Positions 13,407 through 26,994 of a stretch of DNA of 64,000 nt are shown piece by piece. The translations under genes were made by a program, and so were the position numbers. The notes under the pieces were generated by a model. It was not told the DNA's origin, made no database searches, and saw only the letters and a program-made list of their open reading frames with translations. Every line of letters starts with the position of its first letter. Positions within the stretch are counted from its first letter, which is position 1. The stretch is from Narcine bancroftii (Eukaryota), in the NCBI RefSeq assembly GCF_036971445.1, contig NC_091475.1:5642001-5706000 (forward strand). The letters are read 5' to 3'.

Positions 13407-15180
13407 GTCTGAAAGGTCTTGATGGAATGCTACAAATTTAGGGCGAAGGATATTTACTGCCTCGAGGACGTCACAGTTAACGGTCACTTTGATGTGACAT
13501 TGAAGACCCCGGGACTTCCAGGAGAAGGGAAATGTGGGTCCAATCTTACTATTCAAGGCACAGCCACTCTTCACACTTCCAACACAGAAGGAATGTGACA
13601 TAACAGTGCCCGTGTTCAACCCACTTGTGCAAGTAGTGGATGAGTCCACCTTCCTGGTCAGTAAAGTTGAGGGAACAGGGACCTGTGTGGACATCAAATG
13701 CACATTTCAAATCTGGACCAGCAAAAGCCAAGTGATAGAGAAGCTGAAAGAGGACAGAAAAGGGGCCATTATCTCCCTTACAGGGAGCCTGGATACTTGG
13801 TCTCCGCTGGACAACCCAGAGTGTGCAGGAACTGTGTGGCAACCCAATGCAGTGCAGTCATTGCAGGAACTGCAAGCAGGAAGGGAACCATACCAAGGAA
13901 AGTGCAGAGCGCAAGTGCTGCAATCTTTGTGGGGAAGCTGGCCACCTCAGTGACTGCCCAAAATCATATAAATGCCCCTGCACAGGCAATAAGAAGGGAA
14001 ACAGCCAACATCATCACCCCCAGTGAGGTCAACACCTCCTCAACCTCGACAGTGACAGAGACCCTAGTAGAGACCAAGACCAGGGGGAGTGAGGTGATCC
14101 CAAGCACATCCACCTCCAACCCCAGCCACAAAGCAAGAGGCCCCTCCCAGGGAGGCAAAGTTGATGGAGGAGGGAAGAATGGCAGATGGTCAAGAAAGAA
14201 AACCCAAAAAGCCCCACAGAAGAAACTGGCAAATGGCACCACAAGCAGTGGAAAGAGTCAAGGCACAAACAGAAGCCAGAAACCTATTGTGCTCGGAGGA
14301 TGAAGCCAGCACGAGTGTCGGATGAAGGTAGAGGAAGCTCCAAGATGGAAGGGAAAGAGAGGACAAGTTATGTAAACCCAACTGTGAGATGTACTGTACC
14401 CAGCGACACCACCCCCACCCCCTGGAAACCTGGCAGATGTGTTCAACATCCCTGCCCCTGCAGCCCCAATGTAAGGTTGTCACTCCCTCCCCCCACAGCT
14501 CCAGATTTGCACCCAGCTCCAGAATACAAGCCAGACAGGAGATAGAGAAGCAAGAGCACAATTGGATCTCACCCCAGCGACACCACCAGATTATCCTGAG
14601 GAGACATGACTCTCAGCTCCCAGATAAAGAATACCTTCTGTTTCTGAGCCCAAAATCAGTGCTGCATTTCGCTAAGGCATAGTGCATAAGGGCTCAGATG
14701 GATTGGCTGGTCTCAAAGAATTGTGAACTGGAGATTCCAATAAACAACAATGGAGATTAAGATAGCAATCCTGGATGTGCGCAGTGTGAAAAGCACTGCA
14801 TGATAATGTAAACATCTTGCTAAAGTCAAGGCAAGGCTATCATACAGGAGTCTGGACCTCAGGAACAATTGGAGGTAGTTGTGATGGTGGCTTCATGGGT
14901 TGTCAATATGGTCGGGGGCAACAATTGTTGCACCTCTGGTTTTAGTACTCACTAAGATTAAGGAGGTAGTTGGACGCATATCCTTGTGGTGGATCTAACA
15001 TAATGTGACTCCCCTCTCCAGCTGATCAATGTGTATGCCTTGCCCTTGTGGAGCAAGAATTTGGTCATATTCCAGCAGCTCCCACCCTTGTTGGTGACAC
15101 TCAGGAGAGTGACTTCAACTGCATCATTAATGCTCGCATGACGCCAACAGCAGACTGGACTGCTCCTCCTGATGGAGTCC
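13407..15180 (+). mobile_element. Degraded L1/Tx1-clade retrotransposon: ORF1 zinc knuckles and start of the ORF2 endonuclease
   Basis: Frameshifted gag-knuckle motifs CRNCKQEGNH and CNLCGEAGHLSDC (13823-14026); MEIKIAILDVRSVKS at ~14750 resembles a Tx1 APE N-terminus. Confidence 0.7.
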
Positions 15181-17780
15181 ATAACATATAGGGGCATAAG
15201 TAGGCCATTCGACCCATCAAGTCTGCTCAACCATTCCATCATGAGCTGATCCATTCTCACACTCAGCCCATTCCCCTGGCTTCTCCCCATTACCTTTGAT
15301 AGACTGACTATTCAGAGACCAATCAATCTCTTTCTCAAATACAACCAGACTTGGCCTCCAAAGGTACCCATGGTAGCAAATTCCAGAAATTCACCACTCT
15401 CTAACTAAAGAAATTTCTTTGATTCTCTGATTTGAATGGGCGTCCTTCAATCCTGAAGCTGTGCCCTCTTGTCCTATACTGTCCTACCATGGACACCTTT
15501 GCCACATCTACTCAGTCCAGGTCTCTTCAATATTGGAAGTGCTTCTGTGAGGTCCCCCCTCACTCTTCTGAACTCCAAGAGCTGTCAAACATTCCTCATA
15601 TGTTACTCCCTTCATTGCAGGATTGATTCTTGCCAATCTCTGTGAACCCCCGCCAATGCCAGCACATCCTTTCTTAAATAAGGAGCCTAAACCCCATACT
15701 GCAAGTGAGACCTCAACATCACATTCCTGCTCTTATATCCTTTTCCTCTTGCTATGAATGCTAGCATTGCATTTGCCTTCCTCACCAATCAATCTGGACG
15801 TTAACCTTTAGGGTATTCTGCATGAGGACTCTCAAGTCCTTTTGGACCAAATTTTGAATTTATTCTCCATCTAAATAATATTCTCCCCTTTTATTCACTC
15901 TACCAAAGTGCATGAGCATAAACTTTCCAACATTATATTTCATTTCCCACTTCTTTGCCCATTCTCCTGATCTATCTCCGTCTTTCTGCAGCCTCTCTGT
16001 TTCTTCACTACCTGCCCCTCCACCTTTCTTTGGATCATCTGCAAACTTAACCACAAAGCTATTTATTCCACAATCTAAGTCATTAATATACAACATAAAA
16101 TGAAGTGGCTGTAACATTGACTCCAGTGGAAGATCACTGGTAACTAATAGGATATGTTTATTCCACTCTCTATTTCCTGCTGATCAGCCAGTGCTATTAT
16201 CATTCCATGCACTCCAATCTTTTTAAGCAGATTCATGTGCAGTGCTTTGTCAAGGTCTTTTTGAAATTCTAAATATATAACATCCATTATAACATCCATT
16301 TGTCTTGCCTGCTTGTGGTTTCCACAAAAAGTTGCATAGATTTGTCAGGTGAGATTTTTCCTTAAGTAAGCTGTGCCAGCTCTTGGTTCTTTATTTACTC
16401 TTGCCTTTTATTTTTACTCAATATATTTTAGAATACTTCTATTTTTTAAATTTTTTATTTTTCACACTATAAACCACATTGATCAAGATACATACATTTT
16501 CCTTTTCAAATATATAGTGTCATTTTCTCCCCCCCCCCTCCCCTCCCTCCCTCACCTCCCCTCCCATTCATTTAAAGTTCAAAATCTAAGATACATTATA
16601 TTTTAGAAGACTTTTAATGTCCTTTTTGATATTTGCTAGCTTCCTTTTAAAGTTCATCTTTTTCTTCCTTATGTCTTTCTTGTCTTCTGTACACTTTTAA
16701 AACCTTCACAGTCCTCTACCTTTCCTTATAAGTCCTTTACTTTGGCTTTAACTTCTTTTTTGTGCCAGGTGTGTAATTTTTCCATTCATATATTCCTTAT
16801 TTCTTGCAGAAATTCCAGCCATTGCTGCTCTGTCATCCTCCCTGCTAGTTTCTCCCTCTCAAATTGCAGGACAAATTCTATCATATTATGAACATTGCTT
16901 CCTAAGGATTCCCTTTCTTTTAGTTTCCTTATAAATTCTGGTTCATTATACAATACCCAATCCAGAACTGACATTTCCCTGGTTGTCTCAGCTGCAAGCT
17001 GTTTCATGAAATTCCTTCTCTTGGGATCCAGTGCAACTTGGTTTTCCCAATCAACATACATAATGAAACAACCCCCCCCCCCCCCCCCACTGCCATTTAT
17101 GCATGCCTATTCAATCTTCCTCTGTATTTTACACATCATACTCTGGATGTCTGTCTACAATTCCCATCAGAGTCTTTTTACCCTTACAGTTTTTAAATTC
17201 TCCCAACAGGGCTTCTCTATTTCTGATCCAATGTCTCCTCTCTCCAAAGTTTTAATTCAATTTTTAACCAGTGAACAACCCCACCCCCTCTGCCTTCCTT
17301 CCTCCTTCCAATACGCTGTGTATCTATGGATATTTAATTCACAGCTGTGATCTTTCAGCCATGACTCAGTGATGACCACAATGTTATACCTGTCAACTTC
17401 CAACTGCGCTGCGAGATCTTCAACATTATTTCTTGTACTTCGGGCTTTTAAATACAAGACCTTCAGTACTGTATTCATCACCCTTTTCAATTTTGTTTCC
17501 AAAGTACCCAAGTGAAATTGTTAATCTTACACTTGCAATTTTTGTCCTATTGACTGCCTGTCCCTTCCTCACATTTTCACAACACAGTGTATCTACTTGT
17601 GCATCTTCTGCCCTATTCACTGATGTCACATTCTGGTTCTCAACCCCCTGCCAAATTAGTTTAAACCCTCCCCAACAGCTCTAACAAACCTGTCTGCCAG
17701 GACATTAGTTCCTCTCCCATTCAGGTGCAACCTGCCTTTTTTATACAGGTCAAACCTTCACTAGAAGAGATCCCAATGAT
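15180..17780 (-). mobile_element. Degraded CR1 LINE ORF2 (endonuclease to RT to 3' end)
   Basis: ORF pieces LKVLYLKARSTRNNVEDL...VITESWL (APE), VLDWVLYNEPEFI...LGSNVHNMIEF, and YINDLDCGINSFVVKFADD (RT). Confidence 0.85.
16440..16596 (-). mobile_element. 5'-truncated L1-clade 3' tail inserted in the CR1
   Basis: Reverse complement of the tail at ~20980-21120; flanked by near-duplicate ATATTTTAGAA(T/G)ACTT. Confidence 0.7.
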
Positions 17781-17799
17781 CCACAAATCTGAACCATAA

Positions 17800-18265
17800 G
17801 GCCATAACACATAGAACCAGAAATAGGTTATTTCACCCATTGAGTCTGCCCTGCCATTTAATCATGAGCTGTTATGTTTTCCCACTCAGCCCCACTGCCC
17901 GGCTTTCTCCCCATAATCTTTGATGCCCTGGCTGATCAAGAGCCTATCTATATCAGCCTTAAATACACCCAATGACCTGGTCTCCACAACTGCCTGTGGC
18001 AACAAATTCCACAGATTTACCATCCTCTGGCTAAAGAAATTCCTCTACATTTCTGTTCTAAGTTGAACTCCCTATGTCAGCACATTCTTTCTTAAATGGG
18101 GAGCCCAAAACTGCTCAATACTCTGAGGTCTCACCAGTGCCTTTTAAGCCTCAACATCACATTTGTGCTCTTATATTCTATTCTGATTAAAATAAATGCC
18201 AGCAGTGCATTTGCCTTCTTCACCTCCAATTCAACCTGCAAGTTTACCTTCAGGCTATCATGTAC
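17800..18265 (-). mobile_element. Second CR1 3' fragment
   Basis: HDSLKVNLQVELEVKKANALLAFILIRIEYKS matches the CR1 ORF2 C-terminal region. Confidence 0.75.
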
Positions 18266-18539
18266 AAATCCCTGCCCACTCCACCAACTCTTCTTCCACA
18301 GAGAGCAGCAGCAATCATCAAGGATCCACACCAAGGATCTGCTACCCTTTCATCATCAGACTCCTAAACAACAGACTCAATCAGAGACTTTTACTTTGTA
18401 CATTATTTATTAATGATTTTTTTTCTATAATGCAGAGTTTAACATTTCTCTTCTGTATACATTTCTTGAGTAGTCTTTTGCATGACTGTTAAGTAGACAT
18501 TCAGCCTGGCCCACAGGGATCTCAGGTTGTACCTGATGA

Positions 18540-19400
18540 GAGTGTATGAAGGATGCAAAGGTCCTTGTCACTGTTCACCCCCAGCAGCATGACAGAGGAC
18601 TCTCTGATTTACAGGCTGTTCCCAAGGTTTTACAGAGTCAGAAATCCAGAAGTTCTGGATTTCACTGAGTTGGTGAAAGACACCCTTTGGTCTGCCCTGT
18701 TGTGGTCACAAACCTGCTGGTCTTTCAGCTTGGAGATGCTGATGCAGGAATGCCTGCTGACTGGCTCATTTCAGGCTGTTTCAGTAGATGCTGTGGGACG
18801 CACAGAGGCTTGGCACAGCCAATGTAGGAGGGTGCTGTTAGGAATGACCACTGTCTAGAGTCAATCCAGGGCATTGAGGGGCTGAGACACTGAGGTGAAT
18901 CCCTCAAACAACAGAGAAGAGTAATGGCAAAGTGCCATCATGGTGGCAATGGTGCTAAATAGAAATGAATGCAGCTGAATGATGGAAATGTATGGATTAC
19001 AAAATCAAGTGTGAACAGACTTTAATGTTGTTTTGTTTGTACATAACTTATTGAGAATAAAGTTTTTTTAAAAAGTTCATCCTGAATAAGGGCATAACAC
19101 AGGACACCAGACAGACAGGCATCCAATGCCACTGGAAGATCATCAATTGATGAGAGATCTGCCTGAAACTTGTTGGTCTTCCAGCATAGCGAGGGAATGC
19201 TGACAATTGGCACACTTCAGGCTACAGCAGTACTTGCTGAGGGATACACTGAAGCTTGTGAGGTAAGACCACAAACTAGGGTCCTTCCACTACTGGGAAT
19301 TGAGGGCTGAGACCAGTGAGGAAGACCTTCAAACACTGAAGGAGGGTATCACCCAGGGTAGCTAACACTGCAATATACGGAAACAAAATGTATTGACGAA
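18540..19400 (+). mobile_element. Tx1-like ORF2 C-terminal remnants (two partly repeated segments)
   Basis: TEDSLIYRLFP...VKDTLWSA motif; the segment TTGGTCTT(T/C)CAGC...GAATGC is repeated at ~18715 and ~19170. Confidence 0.5.
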
Positions 19401-20587
19401 ATGGCGATATGAATCCAAGAAGGAATTTTTTTTATTGTAATGTTTTCTTTTTGAATAGTAACTCCAAAATTTAGAATCTGGGATAAAGCTGAATTACAAA
19501 TATATTTCCAAGTTGATGTATAACTTGGTAGGGAACCTTTAAATGGTATGCCTTCTGTTTTTAGAGGTTGTAGGTCTGAGATGTACTATTGGACTGGATG
19601 GTTAACTGCAAAGCATTCTATAAGTTGTAGAAATGGCAGCCACTGCCTTCAGAAAGAATATCTAAAGTATTTTTGTAGAGCTAATTAGATTGGCTATTTG
19701 GTCCTAGATGGTGGTCAGTTTTAAGTTTTGTTTGGGCTGCAGTGAATGGAGAATGACTTTGACCTTGCAAATGCTGGAGATGTGGTGTCAGGAATTGGAT
19801 CAGTAATTGTAGTTTTCAGATTCTGATCTGCTCTTTCATCCAAGTGATTTATGTGGCTGTATCAATTGAGTGTTGGATCAGTTATGAACTTTTCCCAGAA
19901 ATGTTAAAGGAAGGGGGAAACAATGGTATTGTCATAGAATGTAAAGAGTCAGTGATTTGAACCTTCTATGGTGGAGGTGGTTATTGCATGTCTCGTATGT
20001 GGCATGAATCTTACATGCCACTTGTCAGTTTATGCCTGAATGCTGTTTAGGTGTTGCTGCATGCAAGTATAGGCTATTTCATTTGCTGATAAATTTATGA
20101 ATGGAACTGAACATCTTGCAATCATCAGTAAATGTACCCACTTCTGACTTTGATGGAAGATCCTCAATGAAGCTAAAGATAGATGGACCGTGGTCACTGC
20201 CCTGAGTGACTATGCCATAGGCGATGCCATAAGGCTCAGAACGTTTGTCTTCAAATGATCACAACCATTTTCCTTTGTGCACTGTACAATTCCGATCATT
20301 GAAATACATTCCTCGATGTTCATTGACTTCAATCTTACCAGAGCTTTTCTCTGTCCCCCTCAAGTGAAATTCTCATTTGATATCAAGCACAGTTACTCTT
20401 GGCTCACCTTGACTCTGAAATTCAGTTAATTTGTCCTGTTTCTCCACAATACCTAATTCTTGCAGGTACTAAACATGTTCAATATTTTCTACTCTCTTTA
20501 ATGATTTCCAACATCCCAATTTCCTACTCTAACCTCTCCATGCAGTTGGTCTGAAACTGAAGTCGGCCATTTGTGACCTCATCCCTC

Positions 20588-21121
20588 TATAAGAAGTGAA
20601 GAATTGGGGCTCAGACTGGATGAAGCACAAAAAAGATTTATTATGATCGCCTTTGCTGTAGCAAAAAAATGTATAATGTCAATCTGGAAATCAGAAAAGA
20701 GCCTGAGAGTACAGCAATGGTACATAGAAATGAATAAATGTATTCCACTGGAAAAAATAACATATAATTTTTTAAAAATGTCACATTATTCAAACAAATT
20801 TGGGAACTGGACATGAAACACAGCAGAGAGGGCCTACCACGGACCTCCACCCCCTAAAATGATAGAATGAGAAGACGAAATGAACTGACCCAGTGTGTAA
20901 AAGTAGATGACACAATTTTGTTTATTTTCATTGTGTGATGACATTGTTTAATGGGTTTATTGTATTGTATATGTTGAACGTTTAATGGGTTTGGAGGGGG
21001 GGTGGGAAGGGAGGGGGAAAAAGGGGAGAAAATGACACTGTGTATATTCAAGAGGGATATGTTTGTGTGTAGTTTGGTTAATATGGTTCATAATGTGAAA
21101 AATAAAAAATTTTAAAAAAAG
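20588..21121 (+). mobile_element. L1-clade LINE 3' end with poly(A) signal and A-rich tail
   Basis: IAFAVAKKCIMSIWKSEKSLRVQQWYIEMNKCIPLEKITY is typical of a fish L1 ORF2 C-terminus; ends AAAAATAAAAAATTTTAAAAAAA. Confidence 0.8.
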
Positions 21122-22119
21122 ATTAACCCCAGGAAGAGCTAGAAAGTTACTTTGCACCAAAATACCTCCATAATTACCACTTGACTTTGCTCTTGCCTCA
21201 CATTCCCTTTAATAGATGTAAAGTACTTTACCGGTGACCTCCCTCATGCCATGATTTAGAGGTAAACAAAGAGTTTACAGGTGCTGGGGAACTATAGCAA
21301 TACACAAAAGTGCCGGAGGAACTCAGCTGGTCATGCAGCATCCATGGAAAGCAGTAAGCAGTTGGCATTTCAGGCTGGAACCCCATCAGCTATGCCTAAA
21401 ATCAGGCAAATACCCAAATAAGCCGGGGAAGAAGCAACAATCCTACAGATGATAGGTAGGTGGGAGGGAGAAGAGAAAGGAAATGATAGGGAGACAGAGA
21501 AGAGAGCTGGGAAATATGCTGTGATAGGAGATGGGGAGTTGGAGGAAGGAAGGTGATGGGCATGGGACAGAGAAGGGACGGAAAGGAGTCGGAGGGATGA
21601 GGGAAAGTGAAAGAATGGAGGAGGAATTTACTAGAAATTGGTGGTCTGGTTGGAGACTTTGCACCCCACTTTCCTAATAAACTATACTTATTATCCATCC
21701 ATGACCACTCTTGACAGAAGTAACCACAGCATGGTCACCATAAAGATCATGTTCCATCTTCATCTGGAGAATAACCTCCATCAATTGTTTTTTAATATCT
21801 GATACTAAAGCAAAATATCTGCAAAACATTGGTTTTAGGTTTTCGGTGCAAATTCATCCACAAAGCTATGTTTCAAACTTTTTAAAATATCTAGCTTTGA
21901 AAATATTGGATAGTCTTCCTTTTTTTTTGGACGGGCAGATGTTATGCCTTTTTGTTGTGTCTTCAGTGGTTTATCACTTGCTAAAGAACTTTTCCAAAAG
22001 TTGAGTACACATGGTGACAGCGTGCTTGGTGACTGTTAGCTTCATGAGCACGAGTCATGATAGCGTTGGATCAGCATGACGGCGATCATTAATGTGCAGC
22101 ATTGGCTGGTGCAGTATAA

Positions 22120-22560
22120 CTTTCTTCACCAGCTATACCTGACGCTGCAAAAATAGATCAGATCAAAATCAGAAATCGCAGACCAATGCTTCAGACGTGG
22201 CATTGCTACAGGAACTTTCCAGCACAAAACCTGAACATGCACCAAGATGAGGCCCATTTGGGTGGACCTAGGTGAAGCCCTGGGGAAAATCATAGGCAAA
22301 GAATTCCCACAGGATCCAGAGTTGTTCTTGTTGGGAAATATAATGGGCATAAGTCTTCCAATGAAGCTGTCCAAATTTCAAATCCAATTTGTAATGGTCA
22401 CATTGGCAGTTACCTGGAATTTCGCCTCCAGCTTGAGCATTGCACTCTGGAATGCAGAAATGCAGAGTTGTATTCCCCTGCAAAAGAACACTTATAATCA
22501 TAGGAAAAAGTACAGAACTTCCCTTAAGATTTGGAAACCTACCCAAACTTCATAGGTACA
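22120..22560 (+). mobile_element. L1-clade ORF2 C-terminal fragment
   Basis: CFRRG...WTCTKMRPIW-like zinc-domain remnant, then QDPELFLLG...WNAEMQSCIPLQK. Confidence 0.65.
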
Positions 22561-23728
22561 GTTCTAGGGTGTGCAGACTAACCCCATCCCATCCCAATCT
22601 GGGAAAAAAAGAATAAAGAGGATCATGGATAGGATAAAGGTTGTGTCATGGCTGCCGGAGTGTAACAAATCTACATATCCCTGATTTATGTTTTTAACCT
22701 TTGTTGAGGGTCTTGAATGTCGGTTGTTATGTGGTCCATTGTGTGTGATGGTGGGAGGAAAAAAAATGGTGAAACTGGTAAAAAAAAAGATGACTAAGCT
22801 TTGATGAACGTTGATCACTGTACGAGTTTGAGTGTGAAAATTGATAAATATCCAAAGAGTCATAATAGTGCTTTCCTTTGGCATTTCCTTGTGTCCAGTT
22901 TTCTTACATAGTTATTCATTTTCTAATAATATATCTGGCACTGTGATCATTTTACACACAGATATCTGCGGTGCTTCAAAGTCCACCCAATATATTCATT
23001 CTGTTGAGAAAGACAGTGATGTATTATGTTAAATTATGTATTTACTGTCGCATAAATGCTTCAATACATCATCATCTAACGTTCACACGCAAACATTTTT
23101 CAGTGGTGGTCATTGGCAGAAATCAACAATGAGAAGCCATATTTTAGCATCATTCGATTCGAAAGAGATTAAAAACAAATTGCCAACTGCTGACTCCTTT
23201 AACTATTTTGGAGAATATTGACCAACTAAAGTGGCTTGCAGTTTTTTTCAAATGTGCTCTTTTATCCAGTAGTACATTTTCTGCAATAGATTTTCCTAGT
23301 CTGAAAGATTTGGCAATTTTCAGATTGTTTCTTGACCAAACAGGTATTCAATTAACATTTCTTACTGGAGTACTGGGCAATTGTAACCTCATTTAACAGT
23401 TGGAGTTGTCCAGTAAAAACACTTAAACCTTGCTATTGACTGAAATAACCCTAAGCTTTTGTTGAAATTAGTCAATTCACACTGATCAAAGATAAAACTG
23501 GACTTTTCCCCATTATTAACTGAATAACTCGTCAGTGGACAGACACATAATATGTTATTTTGTTACAGTTTACCTAAAAATTAACATTTATAATTAATGC
23601 ATAGAAGAGAAAATGTACTGAATAGCTATATTTATAACATTTAAGATAGCAATGCAATATGAAAATGGAAAGAATCAATAAAAGATATTTCTTGTAGTTG
23701 AATAAGCACTTAAACATTTTCAGGACCT

Positions 23729-25045
23729 TCAATCTTTATCCATCCACCATTGCTTTTTGGGTCTAGCTAAAGATTTTTCCACACTTTGATTTGTATTTGA
23801 AGTTGACTTTTGCCACCCGGCTTCCTTTACTGATTCACTGTTATTGCTCTTCTGTTGTTTTCTGGTTCTACTCCAGTTTTTATGTTCTAGTGGAACTGAT
23901 AAAAATCCGTCATGTTTCCTTTTTGGAACAAATTTGAGGGCCTCTTGCCAGTTGCTAGTTTCTTTCACAGTCAATAAAATGTTGATCATTTGATTTAATG
24001 TGAGATTTTTAGCACCACTGTTCCAATTCAAATACTCATCCAGAGGAAGGCGCGCAGTTGTCAACTTCAAACGCTTTGCATTTGCATGAGACAAGCCGGT
24101 TTGAATTGATTTATCAACCATGGATCCAATGATGTAGACTTTATCATGCTCAAATGTGTTCAATACAGAAGGGGAATCTGCCGTTAAATATACAAGTGTG
24201 TTTTTGGGAAAAATGTCAATATATGACTTGTCTGTTGCTGTTATTAGAAGGTTATTCCAAGCATCCCCATAGCGTTTCAAAAGCTGTTTATAATAGCCTC
24301 CATCTGAGCTAAGATTACAGAAATACAAGTGAAATGGGTCCAAGGATCTCCTGTTGCAACCCTCACACTCCAATAACTGAGAGACTGTATTTTCCATTTC
24401 TCTTTGTGTCATGTAAATTTCATAACTCATATCAAGTACCAGTGGTTGGCCAAACCTCATTGACTGGGCTGTCCTCCAGTTGTACATTAGATCAAAAGAC
24501 TTTTGCCAGACTTGTAAAAGAAAAGTATTCTTTAAGGCATGTTCTTCCTCATTTTTAACTTCTTTCTGCAGAAGCTTTCCTGTTTCTTGTTTTAATTTTT
24601 GTTTATCTTTTGTGGTTTTCTTTTTTCCTTCTTTAACTGCTAAGTATTTAAGATACTTTTTCTTTGCAGATTTAGTAGGTAGCTCCTGAACTGTTCTTAG
24701 TTGCTCATCATTTATTTTCTCTGGCACAGTCTTCCCAGCTAATCGCCACATTTGAACTAGTTCTCTTGTGGCAGCAAGAATCGAGTCTCCAAGATCATCA
24801 GCTGGCAGAGGTTTTGCAGCTTCAATTGTATTTTCTCTCATAATCGTCTTCCAAATGTCTAAATCTATCTTATCAGGAGTAACATTTTTTTCTTCAGTCC
24901 TTGGGCATGGTGTCAGAATCAGATTCCTACTCTGCAGTATAAATTGGCACCTTGCCAAGTCCACTTTCATTTTCACCCAAGTATTTATTTGCAGAGTGCA
25001 ATGCCTACTGATATTTTGGAAGAGATGGGTAACATGCAGCCACAT
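23729..25045 (-). CDS. TRMT10C: tRNA methyltransferase 10 homolog C (mitochondrial RNase P protein 1), 438 aa, single coding exon
   Basis: SPOUT/Trm10 motifs FGQPLVLDM, VYLTADSP, KVYIIGSMVDK, TARLPLDEYL, KNLTLNQM, WQEALKFVPKRKH. A splice acceptor (tctcttctctaaccacag) at 25123 implies an upstream non-coding exon. Confidence 0.97.
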   Translation of the reverse strand: MWLHVTHLFQNISRHCTLQINTWVKMKVDLARCQFILQSRNLILTPCPRTEEKNVTPDKIDLDIWKTIMRENTIEAAKPLPADDLGDSILAATRELVQMWRLAGKTVPEKINDEQLRTVQELPTKSAKKKYLKYLAVKEGKKKTTKDKQKLKQETGKLLQKEVKNEEEHALKNTFLLQVWQKSFDLMYNWRTAQSMRFGQPLVLDMSYEIYMTQREMENTVSQLLECEGCNRRSLDPFHLYFCNLSSDGGYYKQLLKRYGDAWNNLLITATDKSYIDIFPKNTLVYLTADSPSVLNTFEHDKVYIIGSMVDKSIQTGLSHANAKRLKLTTARLPLDEYLNWNSGAKNLTLNQMINILLTVKETSNWQEALKFVPKRKHDGFLSVPLEHKNWSRTRKQQKSNNSESVKEAGWQKSTSNTNQSVEKSLARPKKQWWMDKD

Positions 25046-25762
25046 ACTGTATACGAAAACAACAAATTCCTGAATCCAAATAATTGATAATGTTCAAGGA
25101 AATCCAAGGATGATATTTAACCCTGTGGTTAGAGAAGAGAATATCAGAAAATGTTCACAAATTAAACCATACCAAATTCGTTCTCAACAGTTTAATCTGA
25201 AACACAGTGCCCTCCGTTTCCTTAAAATGATGGATTTATAAAATGTTTTGCATTTGTTAGCTGATGTTTCGTTAATTGTGTTTACGGATATGCCAATGGC
25301 TGTCTTTGTGATACTCGTAACACCAGTTGTGTTTATGTTTGCGGCCAATGCCTAATTTACTTAAGAAAAAATTAAAACAAATATCTCCTTGGAAGATATT
25401 AAAAGCGAAGGATACATTTTTGTAGAAGATCATATTCAATTTTGCTTTACTGCTTTCGTAACAAATTATTTAACTATCTCAGAAAGACAAAATACAGTAC
25501 CATTTTCTGTCTTAAAGTGGGACCAGTCACTTCTAACTTTAATTCTCCACACCACTCCCACCCTCTGTCCTCAGTTCCTTAGTGTTCTATAGCTCATTCC
25601 AGGCTCCAGACAATAATGAATTGAACAATTTCTGATTTGGCGACATTTTAATTTCATGTTTTCAGATCATTTCAAGTAAGAATCCTGTATCGACACCACC
25701 TCTGAACTTTGTTTCCTTGTATTACAGGTTTTTTATTTTGTTTCGTGCTTTCCCACTTCCCA

Positions 25763-26070
25763 CTGCCTAAAGAAATCTCTTGGTGCCTGCCACATTGACC
25801 ACCGCCAGTGGGCTGATAACGCCTCAAACCGTGCATCTTGGCGCCTCACAGTTTGGCGGGCAGCAGCCTCCTTTGAAGAAGACCGCAGAGCCCACCTCAC
25901 TGACAAAAGGCAAAGGAGGAAAGACCCAACACCCAACCCACCAATTTTCCGCTGCAACCGTGTCTGCCTGTCCCGCATCGGACTTGTCAGCCACCAACGA
26001 GCCTGCAGCTGACGTGGACATTTACCCCCTCCATAAATCTTCGTCCGCGAAGCCAAGCCAAAGAAAGAAA
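25763..26070 (+). mobile_element. RTE-clade LINE, short 3' fragment
   Basis: Near-identical to ~28605-28925; ends in an (AAAG)n tail. Confidence 0.85.
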
Positions 26071-26359
26071 TTCCTGTTGAAGGGGGTTTGACCTGAGATG
26101 TTAACTCTTTTGCAAGCTGTTGCCTGATCTCTGTGGATTTCCACTAATCTAACAGGTATTGTGATCCCAGCATCCATTTTTTTAAAAAAACTTCATGTCA
26201 TGTTCCTGAAAGAAAGACCTTGACCGGCTCTGATTCTCCCTCCTCCCACCTCTCACACTTGGACACCCCAACAACCAGGACCAGAAATAGAAGGAGAAGT
26301 CAGACAAACCCTCGGGCCCAAACACCTCATCCGTCAATGCCTGTTCTCAGTGCGAGTGC

Positions 26360-26840
26360 ATTCAGCCGGCCCGGGCTCCAAGGTGCGCTCCCTCCTCCGT
26401 GGAGAGTTCTGCCCGTGCCCGGCATTAGTTCCACTCCCTTTGTTTTGATTTAAACCGTTTACATTGCAATTAAATACATACATGAACGTGATCAACACGC
26501 TGCTTAAAAACGGAACCAACCGGACAGGATGACTGGGTTCCCGCGGCGAGGAGCAGGCGGCCGGACCCTTCCCTCGAGCACCCACATCCGGTTCCCTCCC
26601 TCCCATCCGGTCCTTCACACGTCAACGTCAGCAGCCACGAGCTGCAATGTGAGCCGGCGGCACCCTCCCCCTGCAATGGGGGGGAACTATCTGGCCCCGG
26701 CCACTTTGTCCCCGACACCCATGTTCCGGGGGAGCCGTGTGGAAGCCGGCCCGGAGCGTCCGTTCGGCGTGACCTTCCCCCGCCCCGGTATTCACGCCGC
26801 CGCCCAATTTCTAAAATCACCCCCCCCCCCCGCGGGGACG
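26360..26840. promoter_or_regulatory. CpG island, probable bidirectional TRMT10C/TXNL4B promoter
   Basis: CpG-dense stretch between divergently oriented genes. Confidence 0.7.
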
Positions 26841-26972
26841 ATGAGCTTTTTCCTGCCCAAGTTACAGACGAAGAAGGACGTGGACCAGACCATCAAGGCG
26901 GTGGCGGAGAGGGTGCTGGTCCTGCGGTTCGGCCGCGACCATGACTCGGTCTGTCTGCAGCTGGACGACATT
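26841..26972 (+). CDS. TXNL4B: Thioredoxin-like 4B (Dim2), coding exon 1
   Basis: MSFFLPKLQTKKDVDQTIKAVAERVLVLRFGRDHDSVCLQLDDI; donor gtcagt; 132 nt. Confidence 0.95.
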
Positions 26973-26994
26973 GTCAGTATCGGGCACCCAGCCG

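Noticed and set aside
13534-14682. Cluster of overlapping ORFs with Cys/His motifs as a zinc-finger host gene
   Set aside because: Frameshifted retrotransposon ORF1 knuckles followed by an APE remnant; no exon structure.
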